Assembly (NCBI GenBank): GCA_051362555.1
Contig: CM120647.1
Span: 15,042,651 to 15,106,650 of the forward strand
Source: Lingula anatina
Lineage: Eukaryota; Animalia; Brachiopoda
Length of the DNA: 64,000 nt
Reading direction: 5' to 3'
Shown here: piece by piece, positions 37,485 to 50,700 of the stretch
Layout: each line of letters opens with the position of its first letter
Position numbering within the stretch: the stretch's first letter is position 1
Position numbers and translations under genes: made by a program
Notes under the pieces: generated by a model
Database searches by the model: none
Told to the model about the DNA's origin: nothing
Seen by the model: only the letters and a program-made list of their open reading frames with translations

Positions 37485-39496
37485 ATGAAGTTGTATAGCC
37501 GCCTTACCTGTAGATGTCTAGTAGCAGTCGGGATAGGTATTGCCATCGTATCAGTGACGATGGTTTTCAAAAGGAAAATCTGGAGGACTACTTCGGCAGC
37601 AAGGCATGAGACAAAATCAGGAAGGGAAGCAAAGGCAAGTTTCCCGCTTATATTATTTAAGGGAAGTTAAACTCCAATGATCGTTGATTTAAAGTGGAAG
37701 TTAACATTCAATGACCAGATTGATACATCCGAAATTCAATCATTGCAATTTGGAACGCATTAACATGTTGGTTGTCCAAAGTCACTTTTTAAATTGAATT
37801 GTTGCAATAGGCAGTGAGTGAGGGGCAAGGTAAAGCCGGTGGAGCCAAATGCAAGTCAAAATACACCCATCCTTTCTTTGTGGAACTGGACGAAGATAAC
37901 GATTTTGTGTATGTACAGCTACCTGTAGATGACAGAGAGACGATGGTCTATAATGGTATGACGAAGAAGGAGTATGATATATTAGAAATGGACTATCTCA
38001 GGTAAAATGAAAATTGTTCTACCTGTACTATTGAAAAAAATTACCAAAACTGCAAAATATTTGTGTAGTTATTATTTATGTTGGCGTTCAGTGTTCAGGG
38101 ATGACTTTCAAGCCAGCAAAATTATGCACATGTAATAACTTCATACTATTCCTATTACAATATTATGAGACTCTTTGCGGTATAGAGTCTATTAGGATTG
38201 GCATATATTTCCCTTTGCAGATATATCGTTACCCAACAGTACGACTGCCGTGAACGGGTGCGTGCTGGGAACATAGACGAAGGCGGCTGGGAAGTATGCT
38301 TGGACCCGCCGTTTAACATCAAGAGAAACCAGTGTCTGGTCTACTCTTTTGGGTATATTTGCTAAATATACTGCTAAATTTTCATAACCATTAACATTAA
38401 TTTATCAATTTATTAATAAATGTATTTATTTATCTCTTTTACCTGTACACGTAGGCCCTACTACGACCAATGTTATTTTACCATTTCACACTACTCAAAA
38501 TAAATAATATCCTTAACTTGATAGGATAAAAAATGACTGGTCTTTTGATGACTTCATGGTGGAAAAGGGCTGCGAAGTACATTCGTTTGATCCAACGTAA
38601 GTTAAGTCGTTATATTGCTATGAAAAATCTATATTTTTCTTGATCAGAATAGTTCATATTTCAAAAAATGGCTTTACGTTCAAGAAATGGTAAAACCTAT
38701 TTAGATTATCTAGTTGTCGGTTCTGACTTGGAAAAACATGAAGCAAATAACATTTTATATGCCGGTCGCTTTTTTTTCCTAACTGAATAATCTATCTAAA
38801 TTCAATATTTTGTCTGTAGCATAGGAAGAGAAGACTATCAGAGACATACCCACAATTACTTCCATAATTTGGGCCTAGATGGTATCGATGGATTGAAGCT
38901 GATTAAAAAGCAAAATGTATCAGTGAAGAAACTAAGTAGCATCATGGACATACTTGGTCATACAAAGGTCAGTGACCCAGGCATGATGGTGTGGTCATAC
39001 AAAGGTCAGTGACCCAGGTATGGGATAGTGTGGTCATACAAAGGTCAGTGACCCAGGCGTGAGATAGCGTGAATACATAAGTCGATATATATTGCCAAGA
39101 ATGTGCAATCACTTGTATTACTTTAAAAATGTGGAAACCATCTTTAATTTGCCTTTTAAAATACTTTAACTGTTTCAGAAAACTATAGACTTTCTGAAAT
39201 TCGACATCGAAATGTCGGAGTGGTCTGCTATAAAGACCATGATAGAAGATAGAAGTATACTAAAAGTGAAGCAGATGGCCGCTGAGCTCCACACACCGTT
39301 TAACAGTCGTGTTATACCTACGATGGAACAGATGCAGCTTATCAAGGACTTGAAGAACACTGGATTCAAAATATTCTTTTCATCGTACCAATTCAGTCCT
39401 TTCTGCAGAAGATTTTCTCCTCAAACGAAGCGCCTGGCTCACGCTTTTATAAATATACATTTTGTCAATACTAATTTTCTGAAAGAGAGGCAATAA
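37485..39496 (+). CDS. METTL24: METTL24-like (Methyltransf_22) protein, copy 1, 336 aa; exons 37485-37634, 37811-38001, 38221-38352, 38525-38596, 38820-38967, 39179-39496
   Basis: N-terminal signal anchor; motifs C.E.VRAGNIDEGGWEVC, CLVYSFGI.NDWSFD, GCEVHSFDP, LGH..IDFLKFDIE.SEW. Intron 1 uses a GC donor (AAG|GCAAGT). Total 1011 nt in frame. The symbol is family-level. Confidence 0.85.
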
Positions 39497-40012
39497 AGAA
39501 ATGACATCCCCATAACTTACTGTAAATAGGATTAGTTTAATGGTTTCGATGAAATATCACTGTCATTTCTGGCAGTTATTGTTCAAATCCAATAATTATT
39601 CCAAGGAAGGATAATTGTTAGGCATGCTTATACAAACCTGTATTTTGTCAAAACAAAGTTTTTTGAGGACAGATTATAAATGGTTTACATTATTTGTGCA
39701 CAAAGACGGGAACCACTTAAAACAATAAAAAGGTCTAACTGTCACTGTCCGTTGTTTTACGCCAATCTAGATCTTTCTTGCTGTCACATGACCTGATGCC
39801 GCAGGGCCAAATCACGTGACAACATGTCTGCAGCCTTTTGAACCTTCTCTCTTCCATTCACGGAAGGCAACATTTTTACACGTACACTGTATTAATGATT
39901 GTTATGTGGTCTCAAGACATCATTAAACCAGTTAAGTGAAACCGTAAAAGGAATGGCTGCAATGCTGAATGTATATATGAAGTAGCCGACATTGCACGGA
40001 GCAGATAGAGCT

Positions 40013-40978
40013 AGATGTGAGCTGTGACTTGATTATTGTGATAGATTGTGTTAGCTGTGACCTGATTATGGTGACAGATTGTGTTAGCTGTTACCTGATT
40101 ATGGTGACAGATTGTGTTAGCTGTTACCTGATTATGGTGATAGATTGTGTAAGCTGTGACTTGATTATGGTGACAGATTGTGTTAGCTGTGACTTGATTA
40201 TTGTGATAGATTGTGTTAGCTGTGACTTGATTATGGTAATAGATTGTGTTAGCTGTGACTTGATTATGGTGATAGATTGTGTTAGCTGTGACTTGATTAT
40301 TGTGATAGATTGTGTTAGCATATATACATTCAGCATTGCAGCCATTCCTTTTACGGTTTCAGATTGTGTTAGCTGTGACTTGATTATGGTAATAGATTGT
40401 GTTAGCTGTGACTTGATTATGGTGATAGATTGTGTTAGCTGTGACTTGATTATTGTGATAGATTGTGTTAGCCGCGACTTGATTATGGTGATAGATTGTG
40501 TTAGTTGTGACTTGATTATGGTGATAGATTGTGTTAGCTGTGACTTGATTATGGTGATAGATTGTGTTAGCTGTGACTTGATTATGGTGATAGATTGTGT
40601 TAGCTGTGACTTGATTATGGTGATAGATTGTGTTAGCTGTGACTTGATTATTGTGATAGATTGTGTTAGCCGCGACTTGATTATGGTGATAGATTGTGTT
40701 AGCTATGACTTGATTATGGTGATAGATTGTGTTAGCTGTGACTTGATTATGGTGATAGATTGTGTTAGCTGTGACTTGATTATGGTGATAGATTGTGTTA
40801 GCTGTGACTTGATTATTGTGATAGATTGTGTTAGCCGCGACTTGATTATGGTGATAGATTGTGTTAGCTGTGACTTGATTATGGTGATAGATTGTTTTAG
40901 CTGTGACTTGATTATTGTGATACATTGTGTTAACTGCGACTCGATTATTGTGATAGATTGTGTTAGCTGCTTGATTGT
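40013..40978. repeat. 33-bp minisatellite (gattgtgttagctgtgacttgattatggtgata), ~28 units, interrupted at 40319-40361
   Basis: Seen directly; it explains the DCVSCDLIMVI pseudo-ORF. Confidence 0.95.
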
Positions 40979-41899
40979 GAAGGTACGACTAGGGAGTACT
41001 GTGCCATACCCGTCGCATTATTTTGTGAATCACATCTATCGCTCATGTTTATTTTAATTACAGTAGAACCGTTCTAATTTTTATCATAGTCACTTCAATT
41101 TACAGTTGCTAAACTATGAATCATTCATCCGGTAAGATTTGGCGTTTTTCAAATGCCCCAAGCTTTCGGCACGTACAATGTGAGCTGCCGAGGCTGAATG
41201 TTGTACTGTTTTATTTGTAATAAGTTTGTCATCAATTCAATAGTAATTGACAAATTAAAGGAAGTTAAACATCTCTTTGAGTTAATGTAAACACTTGTGT
41301 GTTATTACGAATATGCTCTACTTTATCTGATAAGAAATATTGAAATATTAAAAGCCAGGTTTTATTTTTCACAATTTCACTTAGATCGTGACCTTTTTCC
41401 GTCAAATCCGTCAATTTTCTCGTTAATACAAGAACCATGCCTTACCCGACAAGAATTTGTTTTGAGTAAAAATGATCAAATGATATGTGTTCGAGATCAG
41501 TTTAAAAAAGTCCTGCTATTTGAAGCTTTTACACGGGAAACATGTACATGTATGGTAGATCATTTCAGTTCAATTTTGTTTTAAATTATAGATTTAATAC
41601 AATAAAAAACCATACATGAATTCAAAATATTTTATTTTTGGCTAATATCACCAAGACTACCTCGAAGCCCGCTGAGATATATACTGTACATGTGTTTGTA
41701 CTCAGTGCACGCTCTGTAGATATGGTTTTCTCTTGGCGAATAAGAACTTAATATAACATAGGGAACAAACTATCTACTACAAGAAATATAGATCAAATTT
41801 GCTGTTGTATAATTTCAAAATTCCGGTACTATTCCTCATTTTGTTTTAAATCTATTTCAAAACTAACTTTCTTCAGGCTTACACTGAATCCCCCTCCCT

Positions 41900-42180
41900 T
41901 TGTTTTTTGTTTGTCACGAGCCTGACTGTAAACGTATGTCATGGTTTTTGATGAAATCTTCAGGATACACTACTAGGAATCACTACCCTCAAAGTGACTA
42001 GATTTTTGTAGTGAATCGTTGTCCGTATTAGGCCTACCATCTGGAAAATATACGGGATTCTTTATCACTGCGACATAGGACTAATAACTTTGACCGTTGT
42101 GCAATGAATATGCTCTCAACTATCACAATTTATTTGTGTAAAGTCCTTGGCGGAAGTCTAAGCTCTCCGCGTACTTGTTG
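41900..42180 (+). mobile_element. Truncated Helentron/HINE-like element downstream of METTL24 copy 2; homologous 3' end at ~52000-52085 downstream of copy 3
   Basis: 3' end ccttggcggaggtctgcgctctccgggtgcttttctagtt (clearest at 52047-52086), with a diverged version at 42146-42180. Confidence 0.5.
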
Positions 42181-42315
42181 TTATTATTATTAAATAAGCA
42201 GAATGGGAATAGTATTTCTCTCATTAGCAACAACCTTATATAAGATGGTCCCTTTGAATATATAAAGTAAAAGTCAGAAATGCAACCCTCTTATCCACTG
42301 ACATACAGTAACTTT

Positions 42316-45300
42316 TTATCGCTTCTCGTTCACAAAATTCGTGTTGACAAAATGTATATTTATAAAAGCGTGAACGAGACGCTTCGTTTGAGGAGAAAAT
42401 TTCCTGCAGTGAGGACTGAATTGGTACGATGAAAAGAATATTTTGAATCCAGTGTTCTTCAAGTCCTTGATAAGCTGCATCTGTTCCATCGTAGGTATAA
42501 CACGACTGTTAAACGGTGTGTGGAGCTCAGCGGCCATCTGCTTTACTTTTAGTATACTTCTATCTTCTATCATGGTCTTTATAGCAGACCACTCCGACAG
42601 TTCGATGTCGAATTTTAGAAAGTCTATGGTTCTCTGAAACAGTAACGATATTTCAAGAGTTAAATTGGTGATAGTTTCCGCTGATAATATCAAAACTCGT
42701 GTAAGTATTATATAAGTAAACGACCACAAAGAGTTATCGCTAACAACAAATAAACTTTCCTATCAGTTTATCCACTCTCACGATTTTTAGCATTTTCCGT
42801 ATTTGATTGGGTTATTGGATTCTGCTGCGAAAGAATTGGTCTGCTGGCACTGCGAGAACAAGTGAACACCTAAATTCTGGAACCAGTTTAACTGGTGAAA
42901 AATCACAAATAAAATGTCACAAACAGGCTTTTAACATCACACAATCTCAGACCATATTAGGACCCATTCCCAATGTAACTACAGTTTTAAGTCCGCGGAG
43001 ACTCTCGCAGAATGCAATCATACTAGCAGATCAACACGCTTCCTCCTGGTGTTGAGCAGAATAAAGAACAACTGATGATTACACCAGTGCTTTGGAGACA
43101 ATCTGATTGCATTCAGCGAGACTCCCCACGGAGTTGGATCGACCTACGTAGATCGATAGTTGAATTGGAAATAAGCTCTTAGACCCCATTCCCACAAATT
43201 TTAGATCGATTTATCCCCGTGGGGAGTCTCACTAGATTACTGTCAGCTTAGCCGGCTTAAATATCTGTCCCGCCTATACTTAAAGCTGTAAGGGGGTAAT
43301 TAACTTCCGTGCGCGGTCGGCTGACAGCAATTTAGCGTGAACCCTCAGAGAGTTAGGTCGATCTATTTGGATCGATCTCAAGCTCTCGGAATGCGCTCTT
43401 GTCCTAACCTTTGTATGACCAAGCATCTGCATGATGGTGCTGAGTTTTTTCACTGGAAATCCTTGCACTCCATCAAAACCACTTAAACCCAAATTATGGA
43501 AAAAATTACGTGGCTTTCTCTGATGGTCTTCTTTGCCTATTCTTCATAAGGTAGAAATATATTGCCATTAGATGACATGAGATGAGGACGATAAATACTG
43601 CAAGCATGCTTTTGTTTATTTTATTTGAACTGAATAATCACGCCTACAATATGACAATTATTCGTTTTACCTTTTGTCAAACAAATTTTAAAATAATATA
43701 ACAAGAATTCTACGAAATGAGTCGCCCGCTTTGCTGCGAATAGTTTATAAAGCATAGTTTTTTTCTCTTTTTTTCTTACTTCTGTTTTCACATGTAAATA
43801 GAAAAAATGCCATAGCAGTATAGTGACTTCACTTTCACAATCAACTGACTTACGTTGGATCAAACGAATGTACTTCGCAGCCCTTTTGTACCATGAAGTC
43901 ATCATAAGACCAGTCATCCTTTGTCCTAAAAATATTATTACCATTATTATTTTAATAAGGCTACAGGAACATACATTTCTGTCTAATGCCGTATCATCAA
44001 ACTCATCGTTTTGTACTACCCTAAAGAATACACGAATTCATGTCATTCTGTAGCACGTGTCATTTAAGAAATGTATGTAAACTTTAAGCTTGCGATGAAA
44101 ATATTATTCTTACTTTCAACCTATGGATAATGTTACCTATGAATCATGTTTAATCCCGAAAACTGGAGGGATTAGAAATGCAGTTTCAGTGCCAAAAGGA
44201 ATGAGTGCCAACAATATGCCATACTATTCTGCTGAACATGGCCTGCCCCGGGGGGATATCCGGGATTATTTGAAGGGGGGGTCTGGATCGACAGGCCTCG
44301 GATGCGACCTAAGTGCCAATTTCCAGACAACATCCGACACATGATTAAGCCATTCATGCATCAACACCCAACCCCTTGCTAGCTCGAGCAGGACAACGCC
44401 TGTCCCCGTACTGCCAGGAAAGCACAGGCGTTCCTAGCAGCTGCATCAGGAGCAGATCCAGACTTTTCTTGTTTAGACCAGACATGTCTCCCATTGAGCA
44501 TGCCCGGGATGAACTGGGTAGACGACTTCATAATCCCCAGCCACAGCCTACCACCGTCATAGAGTTAAAAGCTGCACTGGTGGAAGGATGGAGAAGGATG
44601 ACTCAAAAATCCATAAAACCATAACATACGGGTAGCATATAATCAAGTCTGAAATTACCGGTAAGAAATCTATTGCTGTGTTGCTGCTGTAAATGGAGAT
44701 CATTTTCATGCAAAATCTAGCGCAATTTTGCTTGATTTGGTTTAGAGTTCACTCAGAAATAATGGCAGACAACCAAGCGGACAGAATTTATCAACGGATA
44801 TTTTTCTGGTTGTTTTTCTGTTCATAACTGTCGAAGTACATTGCCCAACATAAAGATTTCAACAAATTTGGCAAATCAATCTGGTGTTGAGTGTGTTACG
44901 TCTATCCAAAGCCTGCTATTTCACTTTTCTAGAACGTCCGAAATTATCAGTTTAAGGAAACATTCGTATGTTATTCGATTAAAACGAAAGCATAAAATAT
45001 AGCAGATATACCCAAAAGAGTAGACCAGACACTGGTTTTTCTTGATGTCAAACGGCGGGTCCAAGCATACTTCCCAACCGCCTTCGTCTATGTGCCCAGC
45101 ACGTACCCGTTCACGGCAGTCGTACTGTTGGGTAACGATATATCTGGAAACAATAAAAATACAGAAAACATATTCTACTCATTCAGATATAAGACACAAT
45201 TTAACCCTCTGTGTAGGCTATATGAAACCCAACATTCAACCAGTAATCTTATCAGGTACCAGTCTTGAGGTGTACAAAATAAGCTCTGAACATTCCATTA

Positions 45301-47681
45301 GTAAAATTGATTCAGGCATATTTCCTCAACGGTTCCTGGATAAAGTGTGCTCTGTTGATAATGGTAAAATGCTGATTTCTTTTCAGGAAAATTCTTTTTT
45401 ATGTATTATTCCACCCCACTGACATCACCGTCTTTTACCCATTTAACCAGTCACTTGAGCAACAGATAATCGTAAAAACACTTAAGGACAGAGATATCAT
45501 TAAGCGATCAATCATCTACACGTACTTCGAGACGACATTTTAGCAGATATTGAAGTAATTAAATTTCACTTTACCTGATATAGTCCATTTCTAATATATC
45601 ATACTCCTTCTTAGTCATAGAGCCATTGTATACGATCGTCTCTCTGTCATCTATAGGTAGTTGTGAATATGTAAAATCGTCATCTTTGTCCAATTCCACA
45701 AAGAAAGGATGGGTGTATCTTGACTTGACTTTGACTGCTTGGACTGACGTTTGTGGTTGCCACTGCAATATCTGGGATAAATTAATATCATGTACAGTGA
45801 GGCAAAATGGTATTACTTTTATGAAGCCTTTACAAACTGTAGTAATGAAGACGTGAATAGGCCCAAGGAGCATGGGAAATCAAAACAACCTGACGTTACC
45901 CTCAAGGAATGCAATGAAAAAGGATATATTCTCCAGAGCAGTAAGGTAAAACTTGATATAAACAAAAAAAAGTGACATCATGCACTTTGATTATACGATA
46001 CCATATGAAGTGAGTATCAGGCCCAGATGAGGTTGTCACTGAAATGCTCAAATCACTAGGTGAAACAGGTATTGACACAATACACAATCTTGTCAACAAG
46101 ATCTACGACTCTGGAGAAATACCTGATGACATACTCAAATCCATTTTCAAAGCACTGCCAAAGAAATCCAGTCCTGACCCCCTTCGATTTCTGGTCCCCT
46201 TTTGAAATTAGAAATTTGACTAGCTGAATCACAGTTCTTAACCGTACCAAATGGCACTGTTCGCCCTCTAAATTGCAAACATTTTTCTGGGCCCTTCATC
46301 CGGTCACGAACCCCACGCCAAATAATCCTGGATCCGCCCCTGGAAACCGGATATATAGGCTGGACTGTGATCGACATAGAACAATTAGCCTTATGAGTCA
46401 CACCCTTAAGCTACTGCTCAAAATCATACTTGAACGGTATCGCTCCACGATAAGATCGGAGAAAGCAAAATGTCGATATAGACTTATGTCCGACAGTCGT
46501 ACAAGAAATGCCATCTTCATACATGTATTATGCATACTTAACGAACGAAGCATACAACACAAACAGAACATATACATCTGCTTCATTGATTAAAAGAAAG
46601 CATTCGACCGTGTTAGACACCAACAACTCTTCCAAAGGCTCAAAGGCATCGGGCTAAATGGAAAGGACTACCGGGTCATCTGTAAGCTCTACAACCTCTA
46701 CAATCTCTACAAAAGGGCGCAATCAAAAATGCCGACGGCCTTACTGAAAAGACTGAAATCAATTATGGTGTGCGACAGGTGTGAGTGATGAGTGATTTCT
46801 TTCAGTCTTCATAGTGAGCAGATACTCCGTCACCTTAAGGACACACAAGACGGTGTACTGATCAATGGAACACGCGTCAACAATATCAGATACGCGGACG
46901 ACTCTACCGCTCTTATAGCTGACAGCAAGGAAGGCCTCCAAACACTCCTAGGTCTTGTTTGGCATGCCTCTTAGAAAGAAGGACTTGAGATCAACTGCAG
47001 GAAGACCTTTAGCATGGTTATCTCCAAAGGTTGTCAACCTCTATCATGTTACCTAGTACGCAATGGAATCCCTATTGAATAAGTCCATTCTTTCAATTAC
47101 CTCAGGTCAATATTGACGCCGGATGAAGGTGTGAAAAGGAGATCAGAAGACTCATAGCAATGGTGAAAACTAGTTTCAGTCAAATGTCTGCAATATTTAA
47201 GGATAGGGGGAATATCAATGGTGCTAAGAATTAGACTTCTCAGATGTTTTGTATGGTCCATTCTTTTGTACGGTAGTGATTACGGACTCTCTCGGCTGCA
47301 ACGACGAAAAAACATAATTGTTGCAGAGATGTGGTTCCACCGTCGAATGCTACGTATCTCGTATAATGCTCATGAAACTAACATCTCGGTTCTCAAGCAA
47401 GTTGAACAAGAACGACAACTTGTCTTATAATTATAAAGGAAAGACAGATAAAACTCACCGGCCATGTTATTGGAAAAGGCCAACTCAAGGACCTCAAATT
47501 GGCTGCAAAGATTCCTGGGAAGGAAACTAGAGGGAGACAAAGGCTCCTGTTCCTAAAGCAACTAAAGAAAAGCACAGGAATGAACACACAAAAAATATGG
47601 GACGCAGCAAGGAATCAGACGCTGAAACTGGCATCTTAAGTCGCCGAGGGTCGAATCGACCATGGCACCAGCGAGAGAGAG

Positions 47682-47712
<31 letters not shown>

Positions 47713-50700
47713 GATTGAGAATTTGCAGGATGACAGACAAATTGGCCCACCTAGAGTTTCAGCAGCAAAAAATAAAGGCACTATAGTGCGCCATATGTTT
47801 TTACTTATGATTTAGGGGTTGTGATTTTGATGGTACTACTGCGATTGGTACATTTTAGAAAGAGTTCTGTTACCACGTGAGCTGACAGTTTACTGTGAAG
47901 CTAGACTAAATGCCCAAAATCTTGGATATTAGTCACAATGCATCACCTCAATCAAAAAGAGGAGTGATAAGATCTTTTAACATCTGCTGAATGGGATATA
48001 TAAGGAAGAATCAATCATGCTAGCCGATAGATAAAAGGTGAATATTTTGGAATTTTAAGATAGCATGGATGACATACCTTTGTTCTTCCAGGGAAGTAAT
48101 CACTATCATTAACTGACACCAGCAAATTAATCTATTTAATTAATATTTGTATTAAAGTTCGGTGTAACAATTACCCACGAATTAACTAATCTATTGGCTC
48201 CGGCGTGACACAAGTTCCGACTCCATTATCTACAGGGAATCTATGCGTGCCAGCGGCTGCTACTGATTTACATACAAATGGTTGTGCAATGTTAACAGAT
48301 GATATGCATCTGTCTGGGGCATACCTATACGCCCCTATAGAGGTTAAAAATGATTTATGCAATACAGACATCCATAAGATAACAACATGTTGACTAACTG
48401 TGAATACACAATATGGAATTGGTGCAGGATTCCACAATCTTAACTGGTATATGTATATCACACAATAGGCCCCCTTCTTTCTTAGTTGCGTTAACGTAGA
48501 TTTTGTACTAATAAATTCTAGTCTCTATTTCATACTGTACCGGGATATAGGGTATTCATGATAACGTTCATGTCCTCCGGCGTTTCACTGAATATTGTGC
48601 ATGCAGTGGCTTCTGTGTAATTCTAAATCCGCTTTGTTCTTCTACAAGTAAATTACTGATTTCGCAATAAGCTAGAATTCTGCTGTTTATGACCGAACTA
48701 CATGCAAAATGTTTTTCATGCTGCACACAATAAACTTATTCCTCCATAGTTAGGCTGAATTCTTGGATCAAGTTTACCGTCTTTAGGTACGGGGATTAAA
48801 ATGGCACTTTTCCACTAACTAGGCGGTATTACCGCGTCAAAAATAAAAGGACAATCTGCAGTGCAGCTGTTAGGGGGTAATTAGCTTTACCTCCTAGCTG
48901 ATTCGGTAGGCGTACAGACAGACATTTAAGCCGGTTAGTTGATAGCAATTTACTGAGATTCCCCAGAGAGTTAGACCGATCCAGATGGATCGATCTAGGC
49001 ATGGGAACCCAGTCCAAGACAAGTGATCCCAGTGGAGTATTAAAGCCCACAACCTAGTACAATGCCGTACTAGGACACACAGCCCTTCCAGGCAAATATC
49101 AACAGTGAATCCAACCATAAAATTTAAAAGGTCTCCTTAAATGTATGTGGTTTGAACAAATATAAATGCACCCTTAGGACATACAGATAATTATTCAAAA
49201 AGAGAATAACATTGCTTGTGTACGAGAATCCCATCAATTTAATACACGGATGGCGCTTCAGACAATAGGATAACCTCACTTGTATTTCGCATACAGTGTT
49301 GCCTGTACTTTCATTCGCTTTAATGCGTTTCATTTACAAGATTTCGGCCCTACTTATCAGTCAACCCTGAATGATATTTACTCGAACTGGTACACCAAAT
49401 ATACTTGAAAAAGACAAAAAATAAAAAAATAAATAAAAAGAAAGAAAGAAAATAATATTATTGAAATATTATTATTATGAAATATTAATTACCCCCTTAC
49501 AGCTTTTAGTAGGCGGGACAGACGCTTAAGCCGGCTAAGCTGACAGTAATCTGGTGAGACTCCCCACAGGGATAGATCGATCTAAAATCTATGGGAATGG
49601 GATCTTAGACTGGATTCCCATCCCTAGATCGATCTAACAGGATCGGTCCATCTCTGCGGGGTGTCTCGCTAAATTGCTTTCAGGTTAAGTGTCTTAGATG
49701 GCTGGGACGCCTTCTAAAGCTGCTAAACGATAGTTAATTACCCCTATCAGCTTCAGTAGGCGTGACATACATCTAAGCCGCTTACGTTAATTGCAATGAA
49801 GCGAGAAGATAGTTGGATCCAAAGTAAGTACGATAGAGTCTGGGAATGGTCTCTTAGGGAGCATTACTATAAACCCATCGTACTAGTTGGTTCGATTTAA
49901 CTCTGCGGGGATTCTAGCTAAATTGCATTCAGTATGAAGGGCTTAAATGTCTGGTACGTCTACTCAAGCTGGTAGTGGGTAATTAATGATGGTCAATTAC
50001 CACAAGTAACTCAAGGGGGCGTGCCAGACAATTAAGCTGATTACACTGAAAGCACTTTAGCGAGAAACGCCGCAGAGTTAGATCCAGTTACTATAATGGG
50101 ATTATGGGAACGCAGTCTTACGCTTAGCATTGTCCCGTATGGTGTTCAACCTGTAATTATATCTTAGGGACCATTCCCACAGGTATTTGGATCGCTCTAT
50201 CTCCCTGGGGAGTCTCACTAAATTGTAATCAACATAACCGGCTTATATGTCTGTCGTGCCCATGCTAAAGCAGTTAAGGGGTAATTATCTAAATACCACT
50301 AACTGATTCGGTGGGCGTGACAGACATTCAAGCAGGTTAGTTGATAGCGATTTAGACCCCATTCCCACAGATTTTAGATCGATCTATCCCTGTGGGGAGT
50401 CTCACTAGATTACTGTCAGCTTAGCCGGCTTAAGCGTCTGTCCCGTAAGGGGGTAATTAACTATGGTGCGCGCTCGGCTGACTGCAATTTAGCGTGAAAC
50501 CCCAGGGAGTTAGGTCGATCTTAATCTAAATCTCTGGGAATGCACCCTTAGTGAGACTCCAGGGAGTTAGACCGATCCAGATGGATCAATCTAGGCATGG
50601 GAACCCAGTCTTAGGGTTGGTGCGTACCTGTACTTATGGAAAGAATCTCCTTACGGACTTTCCCCACTTCAGACGTGCAATGCACTGTATATATAGGTCC

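Noticed and set aside
38353-38524. U12-type intron in METTL24 copy 1 (tccttaac close to the acceptor)
   Set aside because: The donor is GTATATTT rather than GTATCCTT, and the equivalent introns of copies 2 and 3 lack the branch motif.
40013-40978. CRISPR-like array (repeat plus one unique insert)
   Set aside because: Units are contiguous with no spacers, the context is eukaryotic, there are no cas genes, and the single insert is a local inverted copy.
40017-41057. 346-aa Cys-rich ORF (DCVSCDLIMVI)n and its antisense ORFs
   Set aside because: By-product of a 33-bp (3n) minisatellite without stops in that frame; begins at GTG, has no splice context and no protein-like divergence.
42443-42637. 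Repeated 64-aa ORF MNPVFFKSLISC... (also 39175-39369 and 52422-52616)
   Set aside because: Antisense shadow of the conserved METTL24 last exon.
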